DNA from: Candidatus Heimdallarchaeota archaeon
GTDB lineage: Archaea; Asgardarchaeota; Heimdallarchaeia; JABLTI01
Direction: 5' to 3'
Assembly: GCA_030629105.1 (NCBI GenBank)
Contig: DAOVPS010000008.1
Location: forward strand, 1 to 32,000
DNA: 32,000 bases
Positions 16,669-24,523 of the stretch are shown piece after piece. Numbering within the stretch: the stretch's first letter is position 1; every line of letters begins with the position of its first letter. The notes under the pieces are model-generated. The model was not told where the DNA came from. It made no database searches and was given only the letters and a program-made list of their open reading frames with translations. The position numbers and the translations under genes were made by a program.

Positions 16669-17115
16669 TTAGATATACCACCAAATACCTGTAAACCATA
16701 ATATGAGTCCGATGATACCACCAATTACATATAAGCATATACCAATATAACCTAAGATCACACCTATTGAAGAATATTGACTCTCACCTTTACGCTTCGC
16801 ACTGTGACCCATAAAAATAGCTATAATTGATCCTATGCATGGTAAAATTCCAATACAACCTAAAATTCCAAAGATTAGTGAGATTAAACCAGAGGAATCA
16901 TCTTTCTTTTGAGAAGTATAAACGGTCGATGTAGGTTGTTCATAAGCAGGGGTTGTGCCGTATGACTCTTGAGGCGGTATCGGGGTATGAGCTGGCTGAG
17001 CTGGTTTACTTGGTCCAGCACCACCTGAGATAGAAGCCCCACAATTTTGACAAAACTGAGAACCGCTTTCTAATGCAGAACCACAATATGGACAATGTTT
17101 ACTATTTTGACTCAT
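16669..17115 (-). CDS. Zinc-ribbon/DUF4190-like membrane protein, paralog D
   Basis: HCPYCGSALESGSQFCQNCG, linker, and GLISLIFGILGCIGILPCIGSIIAIFMGH. AGGAGA SD. Confidence 0.8.
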   Translation of the reverse strand: MSQNSKHCPYCGSALESGSQFCQNCGASISGGAGPSKPAQPAHTPIPPQESYGTTPAYEQPTSTVYTSQKKDDSSGLISLIFGILGCIGILPCIGSIIAIFMGHSAKRKGESQYSSIGVILGYIGICLYVIGGIIGLILWFTGIWWYI

Positions 17116-17325
17116 TTAGTAATATCTCCTACTTTTCATAGGTATTTTGTATCTATAATTAATTAATATATTAACTATTAAAATCTTTAGAGATAAAGAA
17201 TGACCTAACTTAAATTCCGTTGACTCTCAATAGCAATAATGAAATAAGTACAAATCAAATGTAAAAATGATAAAAAATCAAATATCAACTTGACATTAAT
17301 ATTAAATTGGAATGTTTGTAGTAGA

Positions 17326-18267
17326 TTAAGTTAGTAAGATAATATTTAATTCCGTGTATAACTCACCCATTTGATACAAGCCATCATATTCTTTTCTGGT
17401 TATTTTCTTGTAAGCTAAACCTAGAATTCTTTCCAATTCATCCTCATCAAATGATGTGTCAGGTCGGATATAAGGAATCCAGATATTGTACATCTTTTCA
17501 TAGATAATGGATCGGAAGTTAGGTCTTTTACCTGTAATGGCATTTATGAGTTTCAATGTCTGTAGCTCAGTGAACAATTCATAAGCTATAGCTCTAACTC
17601 CTCGTCTATCTTGTCTAACCCAAGAACCAATCGGTTTGGAATAATTCAATAATTTTACTACTTCATGAAGAAACATATCATCTCTTTCGACCATAACTTT
17701 TGAAGTTTCAATATAAGCAATGTCAGAATATGTGAGTTTATGGGATAATCGTCCATCAATAGGATATAGAAGGCAGACAATCGGGTCTTTTCTCTTCCAA
17801 GATATTCCTGGGAGCTTGAGTGATTCCTCTTGCAATTTAGACCAATATTTAGAATATTTCTTCTTAATTTCTTCTCTTGTACTTTCTAACTCTTTTTCCC
17901 TTTCTTTCGTTAAGATATTTTTCTGGTAATAATTTAGGATTTCAGACACAATATCTATTAATTTCTGAATTTCCACAAGCCATTTCTCTCCAAACTTTCC
18001 TCTAGGGGGATTGTTCTCTATATATCTAGCTAATTTTCTTGGCGACTCAATATCGTGGAGAACTACTATATTTCTAGCCCAAGGCAAGAAATGTTTGAAT
18101 CGAGTAAACTTTATTTCTCTGATAACTTTATATAACGCTCTTGCTTCTTTGTCCCGTTCTATCCAACCTATTTTTTTCTTTAAAGGACCATGATATTCAA
18201 AATAGTACAAGGCATCAGCTAAATCCGAATGATAGAATTTTATTAGTTCACTCAATTGTCTCACCAT
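17326..18267 (-). CDS. Hypothetical 313-aa soluble protein
   Basis: Long ORF with an ATG start. No family recognised. Confidence 0.6.
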   Translation of the reverse strand: MVRQLSELIKFYHSDLADALYYFEYHGPLKKKIGWIERDKEARALYKVIREIKFTRFKHFLPWARNIVVLHDIESPRKLARYIENNPPRGKFGEKWLVEIQKLIDIVSEILNYYQKNILTKEREKELESTREEIKKKYSKYWSKLQEESLKLPGISWKRKDPIVCLLYPIDGRLSHKLTYSDIAYIETSKVMVERDDMFLHEVVKLLNYSKPIGSWVRQDRRGVRAIAYELFTELQTLKLINAITGKRPNFRSIIYEKMYNIWIPYIRPDTSFDEDELERILGLAYKKITRKEYDGLYQMGELYTELNIILLT

Positions 18268-18392
18268 TGAATGAAAGAGTTATTCCTAACAGTATTTTTA
18301 ACTTTTGTCTAATCGAAGGAAATATTATATTAATATCAGCGTAGGAATCGGAATAAAGAAATAACCTTGCTTTTCATGAATAACCGAGAACA

Positions 18393-18887
18393 ATGGTTGT
18401 GTTGAAAGAAGCGAATACATTCTTAATTCAAGTTGATAGTACTCGCAAGAACTACATTCCAAGCAATTTTGCTAGTATCCCAGGCGATCCGATTTTCGCT
18501 GAGGATGTTCTTCTACACAATCGCTTCAAATTAGATGAAGAATCAATAACTCTTAATCCAGATTTTCATAAGGTAAGCCAAAATGATTATTTGCTTGTTT
18601 TTTGTAATCCCCTTATCCCTCATTCACCTAATCAAATCAAGTTTATCTTCAATGTTATAAATAAACTTGGAAACCAAATTGTCCTAAAATCGTTTACAAA
18701 GCTTAATCGAGGTTATACTCTCAAACACATCAAATCGTTAGTAGAAGAAGGGAAGCTGACAAAAGAAATGCTGAATTGTGGAACAAAAGGTTTCAAAATA
18801 TGTCAAGTTAACTTCTCTGATTTAGAATTATTAGTGAATTTTGATCCTTTAGTTCGAACTTATCATTCTACCAGCTGGAAAACATAA
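18393..18887 (+). CDS. Hypothetical 164-aa protein
   Basis: ORF only. Weak by-eye resemblance to small beta-barrel PUA/EVE/ASCH-like proteins; not asserted. Confidence 0.55.
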   Translation: MVVLKEANTFLIQVDSTRKNYIPSNFASIPGDPIFAEDVLLHNRFKLDEESITLNPDFHKVSQNDYLLVFCNPLIPHSPNQIKFIFNVINKLGNQIVLKSFTKLNRGYTLKHIKSLVEEGKLTKEMLNCGTKGFKICQVNFSDLELLVNFDPLVRTYHSTSWKT

Positions 18888-18893
18888 GTATAA

Positions 18894-20036
18894 TTAAGCT
18901 ACACCAAAAAACTCTTCGGCTCCCATTCCCAAGAAAAGCATCTTAATTTCAGCATTAGTTTTATCTTTGTGTTCTTTTCTATAAGCAATAATCTTATGTA
19001 AACATTCAGAGCACAGCTCTTTCCCATCCAAAATATCCATTGCTTTTGCTAACTCCATTTCATCTCGAGCAACTTCTTCATTCAGGACTTTAATTGGATT
19101 ATGTGTTGTTAAACAACAAACAACATCATCAGAATTTGAGAAAATGGAATTAGCACAATTATCAGCCCCTGTTTTCAAAATATCAGTATCAATTTGTATC
19201 CGTTCAATAATTGCTCCTAAATCCAAAACTTTTACAGACTTTACATCCCCTTCTTCTGAATTTAAGCAATACGTATCTCCACCATTTTCAATCAATAGCT
19301 TTGGACAACCATGCCATAATTTTGTTTCACTATGACTTAAAGCAGCCGTAAACGCTAGAGAGAAGAGTGTAGCTGCAAGAATAATGAATAAAGTTGAAGG
19401 TTGTAAGGCATCTTGAAAACCTGGAATAAACTGGAATAAATAAATGGATATTAATGCTCCTCCAAATCCAATAGCAAAAATATATGTGAAGAGATTCATT
19501 CTTCTTCGCAAATCCGGAAATGATGATGCTCCTTTAGCCATCATACGCATTTCAATAACTAGTAAAAGGAAGATCAGAATCATGGTCAAGACACTTACGA
19601 TTGTGAAAGCTAGTTTAAATTGAGTATTCACACCATAATTTGATTTTGTTGGAACCAATTCAAGGATGTCTTTGTCCAAAAATAACCATAATGATAAACT
19701 AAATGCAAGTATAAAAACAAAAGAGTGTAAATATCTAGGAATGGATTTGTATTTTGCTCTCCAGAAAAATATTGAGAAACTTAAAGCTGGTATGGTCATG
19801 AGAAACAATGAAAACACCATTAATTTATCGAACCATATTGCTGTTTGATTATTCCCCAATAAATAATAAGATTCTTTTAATAAGCTGAAAATCACAGCTA
19901 AAACTCCTCCGCAAAATGTAATTAAACCAAATAGAATATTCGTTATATTGCGTTTGTTCTTTGATATGATAACAATCGTAGCAATTAAACCAAAGGGAAT
20001 TGCTATCGCGTCGATTATGAGTTTAATACTAACCAA
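18894..20036 (-). CDS. Multi-pass membrane protein (about 7 TM) with a Cys-containing cytoplasmic C-terminal domain
   Basis: About seven hydrophobic segments in the first ~235 aa. A ~140-aa soluble tail carries HGC, CC and CSEC. TTG start. Confidence 0.7.
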   Translation of the reverse strand: MVSIKLIIDAIAIPFGLIATIVIISKNKRNITNILFGLITFCGGVLAVIFSLLKESYYLLGNNQTAIWFDKLMVFSLFLMTIPALSFSIFFWRAKYKSIPRYLHSFVFILAFSLSLWLFLDKDILELVPTKSNYGVNTQFKLAFTIVSVLTMILIFLLLVIEMRMMAKGASSFPDLRRRMNLFTYIFAIGFGGALISIYLFQFIPGFQDALQPSTLFIILAATLFSLAFTAALSHSETKLWHGCPKLLIENGGDTYCLNSEEGDVKSVKVLDLGAIIERIQIDTDILKTGADNCANSIFSNSDDVVCCLTTHNPIKVLNEEVARDEMELAKAMDILDGKELCSECLHKIIAYRKEHKDKTNAEIKMLFLGMGAEEFFGVA

Positions 20037-20239
20037 ATTTTGTACTGTCCACTTAGCTAATAATATTCCCTTTAATCCCGCTTTAAATCACTGTTTTGTA
20101 GTTTTTAAATTATACATACCATTAGGATATTACTTAAAAAATTATTGCAGAACAACAGACAGCACCACTAGATAAACATAAATTAAAAAAGATAATACAT
20201 CCTATTAGTAACAACAGTAAACAAAACTGTGATTAAACA

Positions 20240-20965
20240 ATGAAAATCAACTGCTTCAATTGTTCAAGTGAAATAAGTGAAGACCAACCAATTTGTCCTA
20301 ATTGTTTTGTTGTTCATAAAAAACGATTTACTCGAGAAGAAGTTATTGATTTTCTAGAAGCAACTTATCCCACAAAACCAAGACATAAACCAAAATTCGA
20401 GTCTATTCAGAAACCACTGAAACAAAGATCTCATGGTGATTGGCTTGTTTTTGGCCTTGCAACTTTCGGCATAGGATACTATTACTATTTGTTAATGACC
20501 TTGAAGGATCTTTCAGATCATTGGTTTTACCCGCATGGACAGTATGAAAATACAACAAAAATTGATATGTTTATTTCTACAATAATTGTTATTGTATCCT
20601 ATTTCATAGGAATCCCATTTATTCAATATATGAGATATGAGAAACTACGCAAGCATTTGCAAAAATCACCAGATAGAGAAGAGAGAAAGTATCCACTGAA
20701 AGGAAAAATTATTGCTTTGTGGTATTTGATCTTAAATGTTTTATTCGTAGGTTCAGTTTCATTGCTAATTATTGGATTATTGTCTGCATTGATAGGTTAT
20801 GTAATTGAAGATCCCTCTACAACTATAATGGTCATTTTCTTTGCAGGTGCAGGAATTGTCTTTATTCTAATGATACTTGTTGGAATTTTGGTTCTAATGT
20901 TTGAGAGAAGATGGCAATCAACATACAACTCTCACATTCAGTGGCATCAAAGAAATCTTGGATGA
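20240..20965 (+). CDS. Zinc-ribbon protein fused to a multi-TM module (DUF4234-like)
   Basis: CFNCSSEISEDQPICPNC N-terminus, then WLVFGLATFGIGYYYYLLM and three further TM segments. Confidence 0.7.
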   Translation: MKINCFNCSSEISEDQPICPNCFVVHKKRFTREEVIDFLEATYPTKPRHKPKFESIQKPLKQRSHGDWLVFGLATFGIGYYYYLLMTLKDLSDHWFYPHGQYENTTKIDMFISTIIVIVSYFIGIPFIQYMRYEKLRKHLQKSPDREERKYPLKGKIIALWYLILNVLFVGSVSLLIIGLLSALIGYVIEDPSTTIMVIFFAGAGIVFILMILVGILVLMFERRWQSTYNSHIQWHQRNLG

Positions 20966-21063
20966 TTAAAAAGGAAAAATTATCTCATTGAATTTTAGTT
21001 TAAGAAAATTAATATTCTATGTAATAATTTATTTCTATTATAAATTGGATTGGTGTTTGCATC

Positions 21064-21900
21064 TTGGAAAAGAAGTCATCTTTGAAAGTAATGGTTTTTC
21101 TCTTTATTATCTGTTTAAGTTCAATATTCGTAATTAAAAGTCGAAATTCAAATCAAGTAGTAAATATGAATGAATTATATGGTAAAAGAATTCTTGGTGA
21201 GGATCTTTTTGGTCAGTATTTTTGTAATCAAATCAAACCCAGTCCAACAATTGATGCAGATGATGAACCAATTTTCTGGGATGTATTCAATGGCAGCGAA
21301 ATCATCTATAATCCTGTTGTTTTATATGTGAACTATTTTTATTGGGATGCTTTGCCATTCTATGATGATAATGAAGAATATGTTTTTGAGATGTTCGCGA
21401 ACGAAAGTACAATCTTTAATTCGAGTTACCTTTACTCGCAATACAATGCTTATTATTGGTGGTTGGGCTACGACTGGAACGTGAGTATTTATGAGCCAGG
21501 CACTCTACTCAACATAACTGCGTTTTTCTTTCAAGAAAATAATCCCAACTTGAATCATACAGCATCCATTCTTGCTACAATTGGTGAATTAAAAGAAACT
21601 CCTACAATAGACATGGAAGATTTTACTATCGATCTTCATCATTTCGCAGGATCCTTCATTACAGGAGGAGCTTATTGGTATTATGAACCAACTGGACTTA
21701 ATCCATATTATCATTTTGCCATCTTCCCTGATGGTTATGTTGAATTCAAATTTGGAGATCGAGAGTTATACCAGAGCAAGGATTTAACTTCAAATGATGT
21801 TAAAGGTTTAATGCAAGATCTAATCGATCTCGGTTTCTTTCAATTAAAAACACTCTATCAATCTCCCAACTATATAGCTGATTTGGGTTGGTTGTCCTAG
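21064..21900 (+). CDS. Secreted protein with many N-x-S/T sequons; upstream part of a TAG-split gene
   Basis: Signal-peptide-like KVMVFLFIICLSSIFVIKS. Sequons include NGS, NES, NSS, NVS, NIT, NHT. Ends at TAG 21898-21900. Confidence 0.7.
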   Translation: MEKKSSLKVMVFLFIICLSSIFVIKSRNSNQVVNMNELYGKRILGEDLFGQYFCNQIKPSPTIDADDEPIFWDVFNGSEIIYNPVVLYVNYFYWDALPFYDDNEEYVFEMFANESTIFNSSYLYSQYNAYYWWLGYDWNVSIYEPGTLLNITAFFFQENNPNLNHTASILATIGELKETPTIDMEDFTIDLHHFAGSFITGGAYWYYEPTGLNPYYHFAIFPDGYVEFKFGDRELYQSKDLTSNDVKGLMQDLIDLGFFQLKTLYQSPNYIADLGWLS

Positions 21901-21966
21901 TATTATATTAAAGTTGAATCAAAAAGTGTACTAGAAGATAGAAGTGCAGAAGAAGCCGATGATTAT

Positions 21967-22149
21967 ATGATTCGCCCAGTTTCTTACGCTAATTGTCTAC
22001 AAGCAATAAAAGATCGCGTAAATAATATTTATTTTGAACCTTTAAAATGGAAATGGCGTCTTTTCTTCATAATTTCTGGCTCATCACTTGGTGGTCTTGG
22101 TGTACTTCTGTATGGAGTCTATGTCTTCACTTATCGAAGACGACAATAG
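21967..22149 (+). CDS. C-terminal TM-anchor segment, same frame as 21064-21900 (probably not an independent gene)
   Basis: No stop occurs between 21901 and 21966 in the frame of the upstream ORF. Ends with RLFFIISGSSLGGLGVLLYGVYVFTYRRRQ (TM helix plus basic tail). Confidence 0.5.
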   Translation: MIRPVSYANCLQAIKDRVNNIYFEPLKWKWRLFFIISGSSLGGLGVLLYGVYVFTYRRRQ

Positions 22150-22159
22150 AATTACTCAA

Positions 22160-23167
22160 TCATTTCTGATTATTTTCTTTCCAAAATGCTGATGAGACAA
22201 ACTGAACAAGAAAATTTGCAGCGTTAATAGCGGTAGTATCAGCAGTATCATACAAAGGATTCAGTTCAACAATATCCATGCCAATGAGGTTTGTTTTTAC
22301 AGCGACCGAATGAATTATTTTCAAGATTTCATTAGGAGTTAAACCATCTGGTGTTGGAGCACTTACACCTGGAGCATATATTTGATCAAGGCTATCCATA
22401 TCGACTGAAATGTAAGTTAGATCAGTTCCCTTAGTAATTCTTTGTATTGTTTTTTCTATTACAGAAGCTAAACTCTTTTCACGAATATCATCTATTGTGA
22501 AAATCAATCCGTCTTTATCTTCAATATACCTTCGATAAGCTCTAGCATTTGTGAAATTACGAATTCCAATTTCCACAAAATTCTCTCCAGAAACGAGATT
22601 ATTATCTAAAATGCGTCGAAAAGGAGTTCCACTTGTTATCCTCCCATTAATAACTTCTCTAACGTCAAGATGTGCATCAATATTTATTAAACCAATTTTT
22701 TTTGGATTGTAGGCTTCTTTTAACCCCTTGATAATTGGATAACTTATTGAATGATCTCCACCCAGAGTAATTGTTTTAAAACTTTGAGAAGCTATTTTGT
22801 ATATTACATTACTTATTAATTCATGAGCTTCAACAACGGATTCAGCTTCAAGTATAATATCTCCAAAATCAATGATTTTTTTATCACCAAACCAAAAATC
22901 CAAAGACCAGTCATAAGCTTTGAAATATCGAACTGAATCCCTGATTTTCTTTGGACCACCTTTTGCTCCTTTTCTACCTATAACTGCTGAATCGAAAGGA
23001 ATTCCTACAAGTCCTATACCTGATCCTTTTTCTCCTGTCCAACACTCGAAAATATCAAGCATTCTTGTTTCATTTGGATCAAATCCCTTTTTTTGGTGTG
23101 GTTCCCAATCTCGTAAACACTCTGAAATTGTGATCTTGTTTTCTAAGCGACCCTTATTTATTTCCAT
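22160..23167 (-). CDS. Arginase-family ureohydrolase (agmatinase/formiminoglutamase-like)
   Basis: Mn-binding motifs GGDHSISYP, DAHLD and SVDMDSLD. Confidence 0.85.
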   Translation of the reverse strand: MEINKGRLENKITISECLRDWEPHQKKGFDPNETRMLDIFECWTGEKGSGIGLVGIPFDSAVIGRKGAKGGPKKIRDSVRYFKAYDWSLDFWFGDKKIIDFGDIILEAESVVEAHELISNVIYKIASQSFKTITLGGDHSISYPIIKGLKEAYNPKKIGLINIDAHLDVREVINGRITSGTPFRRILDNNLVSGENFVEIGIRNFTNARAYRRYIEDKDGLIFTIDDIREKSLASVIEKTIQRITKGTDLTYISVDMDSLDQIYAPGVSAPTPDGLTPNEILKIIHSVAVKTNLIGMDIVELNPLYDTADTTAINAANFLVQFVSSAFWKENNQK

Positions 23168-23269
23168 GAAATCATCCCATATTAATTCTCTAATCTCACA
23201 TATTGCTAAGAGATAATTGCTTTTGTCATTTATTTTCTGTCAAAATTAAATTGAAAAACAGCATAAAAT

Positions 23270-23308
23270 AAAAAATAGAAACAGAAATCAGATCTGTTAT
23301 GATCTGAT
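23270..23308 (-). terminator. Hairpin (8-bp stem ATCAGATC/GATCTGAT, 6-nt loop) followed by U-rich tract, just after the S3Ae stop
   Basis: Stem arms at 23287-23294 and 23301-23308 are perfectly complementary. The minus-strand transcript then reads UUUCUGUUUCUAUUUUUUAUUUU. Confidence 0.4.
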
Positions 23309-23322
23309 CCTCAAAATAAGAA

Positions 23323-24072
23323 TTATGTTTTAACTTCTACTGGTTTTTCCTCTGGAGCTTCTTCTTTTGGAGTTTCTTTGGGAGCTTCTTCTTTGGGAAC
23401 TTCTTTAGGAGCTTCCTTAGCAGGTTCTGGTTTTGGGGGTTCTGGTTCTAACACCATAGTTGGCAGGTTAAGAACTCTTGATTTCCAAACATCAACATTT
23501 TGAACTGGATGAACTTTTTTAGCTCTTTTGTAAATTTCAGTAGCCATTTTTCCAGTTACTAAATCCATAACATGCTTATCAAAAGGCATTCTTTCTGTTC
23601 GTTTTGTGATTACATCATACATTACTTCTCTAATGCCTTTTTCATGACTTGTTTTACATCTGAAAGGAGTTAATGCTATAATACTACATCGCAAACGAGC
23701 ACCATCTTTTGTTGTAACATTAAAGATGCCATCAATTCGAGTTCGTCGTCTACGAATCATTGAACGTAAATAGTCGCGAGTATATTCATGACCATTAAAA
23801 TCTGTAATTGCATTATCACCTTTTACTTTCTGCACTTTGAAGGTGATTTTCACATGCATTTTCTTATAATCACCAGTTAAATCCATTAAGGTGGACTTTA
23901 GAGTTCTTCCCACTACATACTCTGGATCAGAAGAAGGAGTTTCTGCGATTTGCTCCCCACCAAACATTTCTGGAGCAATTACTTTATACCAAGTCTTTAA
24001 TGTGAATTTATCAACAACTCTTCTACTTTCTTTATCTTTTCTTTTTCTTCCTCGGGCGGCTCTACTACTCAA
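23323..24072 (-). CDS. rps3ae: 30S ribosomal protein S3Ae (eS1) with a 41-aa P/K/E-rich C-terminal extension
   Basis: VDKFTLKTWYKVIAPEMF and following conserved blocks. TTG start with GGAG upstream. Tail EPEPPKPEPAKEAPKEVPKEEAPKETPKEEAPEEKPVEVKT. Confidence 0.9.
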   Translation of the reverse strand: MSSRAARGRKRKDKESRRVVDKFTLKTWYKVIAPEMFGGEQIAETPSSDPEYVVGRTLKSTLMDLTGDYKKMHVKITFKVQKVKGDNAITDFNGHEYTRDYLRSMIRRRRTRIDGIFNVTTKDGARLRCSIIALTPFRCKTSHEKGIREVMYDVITKRTERMPFDKHVMDLVTGKMATEIYKRAKKVHPVQNVDVWKSRVLNLPTMVLEPEPPKPEPAKEAPKEVPKEEAPKETPKEEAPEEKPVEVKT

Positions 24073-24237
24073 TTCTTTTTTCTCCTACTTGTTATCAAAC
24101 AAACATTATATTCATAAGTTCTTTTCTATTTTGATATCTAAGATAGATACCAAGACATATTCGAGACAAAATCGTCTCTATTAAAACATTTTCCTTATTA
24201 TTGAGAATATAAAATGTCCCACACTTTTGGTTAAGAA

Positions 24238-24510
24238 CTATTCTCGTACATTTTTTATCGTCTTATATGACAAATCTATCTTTTCAAAATAATCTTCAAG
24301 CGTCCTTAATAAATCCAAAATAGATTTCTCAGATTTTACAGAAAGAACTACTTTGTTTCCTTCAATTTTAGATGTTGAAATAACTCCTTCTGGGGTCTCT
24401 TGGTTTTCCGGATAAGTTGAATTATTAATAGTTTCAGCAATGTGACTATTCTCAAAGACTAATGTAACTTGAATTTCCGAATAGATATCTTTGGTTTTGT
24501 TTTCACTCAA
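24238..24510 (-). CDS. Pcc1-like (KEOPS subunit) small protein
   Basis: 90 aa with a beta-beta-beta-alpha pattern. LDLLRTLEDYFEKIDLSYKTI resembles the Pcc1/CTAG C-terminal helix. Position between recJ and rps3ae. TTG start. Confidence 0.45.
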   Translation of the reverse strand: MSENKTKDIYSEIQVTLVFENSHIAETINNSTYPENQETPEGVISTSKIEGNKVVLSVKSEKSILDLLRTLEDYFEKIDLSYKTIKNVRE

Positions 24511-24523
24511 ATCAGAATCGCAC

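Noticed and set aside
20088-20232. Inverted 11-mers CACTGTTTTGT / ACAAAACTGTG (one mismatch) flanking the 380-aa / 20240 divergent promoter
   Set aside because: The repeats are short, imperfect and about 120 nt apart in AT-rich DNA, which is consistent with chance. There is no supporting repetition elsewhere in the window.
14882-22149. Genome-wide reassignment of TAG (pyrrolysine or Gln) as the explanation for the two in-frame TAG codons
   Set aside because: I tallied terminal stop codons of the 36 other gene calls in this window by hand: TAA 19, TAG 11, TGA 6. TAG ends conserved genes at their expected C-termini (endA, hypC, PhzF-like, recJ-like), and the GNAT gene has a second in-frame TAG one codon after its stop. 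TAG is therefore not depleted as a stop, which argues against global recoding. Site-specific readthrough or plain pseudogenisation remain open and are reported as findings.
13655-22149. Prophage, integrative element or defence island interpretation of the accessory block
   Set aside because: I could recognise no integrase, transposase, capsid/terminase, restriction-modification, Cas or toxin-antitoxin pair. There is no flanking tRNA or long direct repeat, and composition is similar to the flanks.
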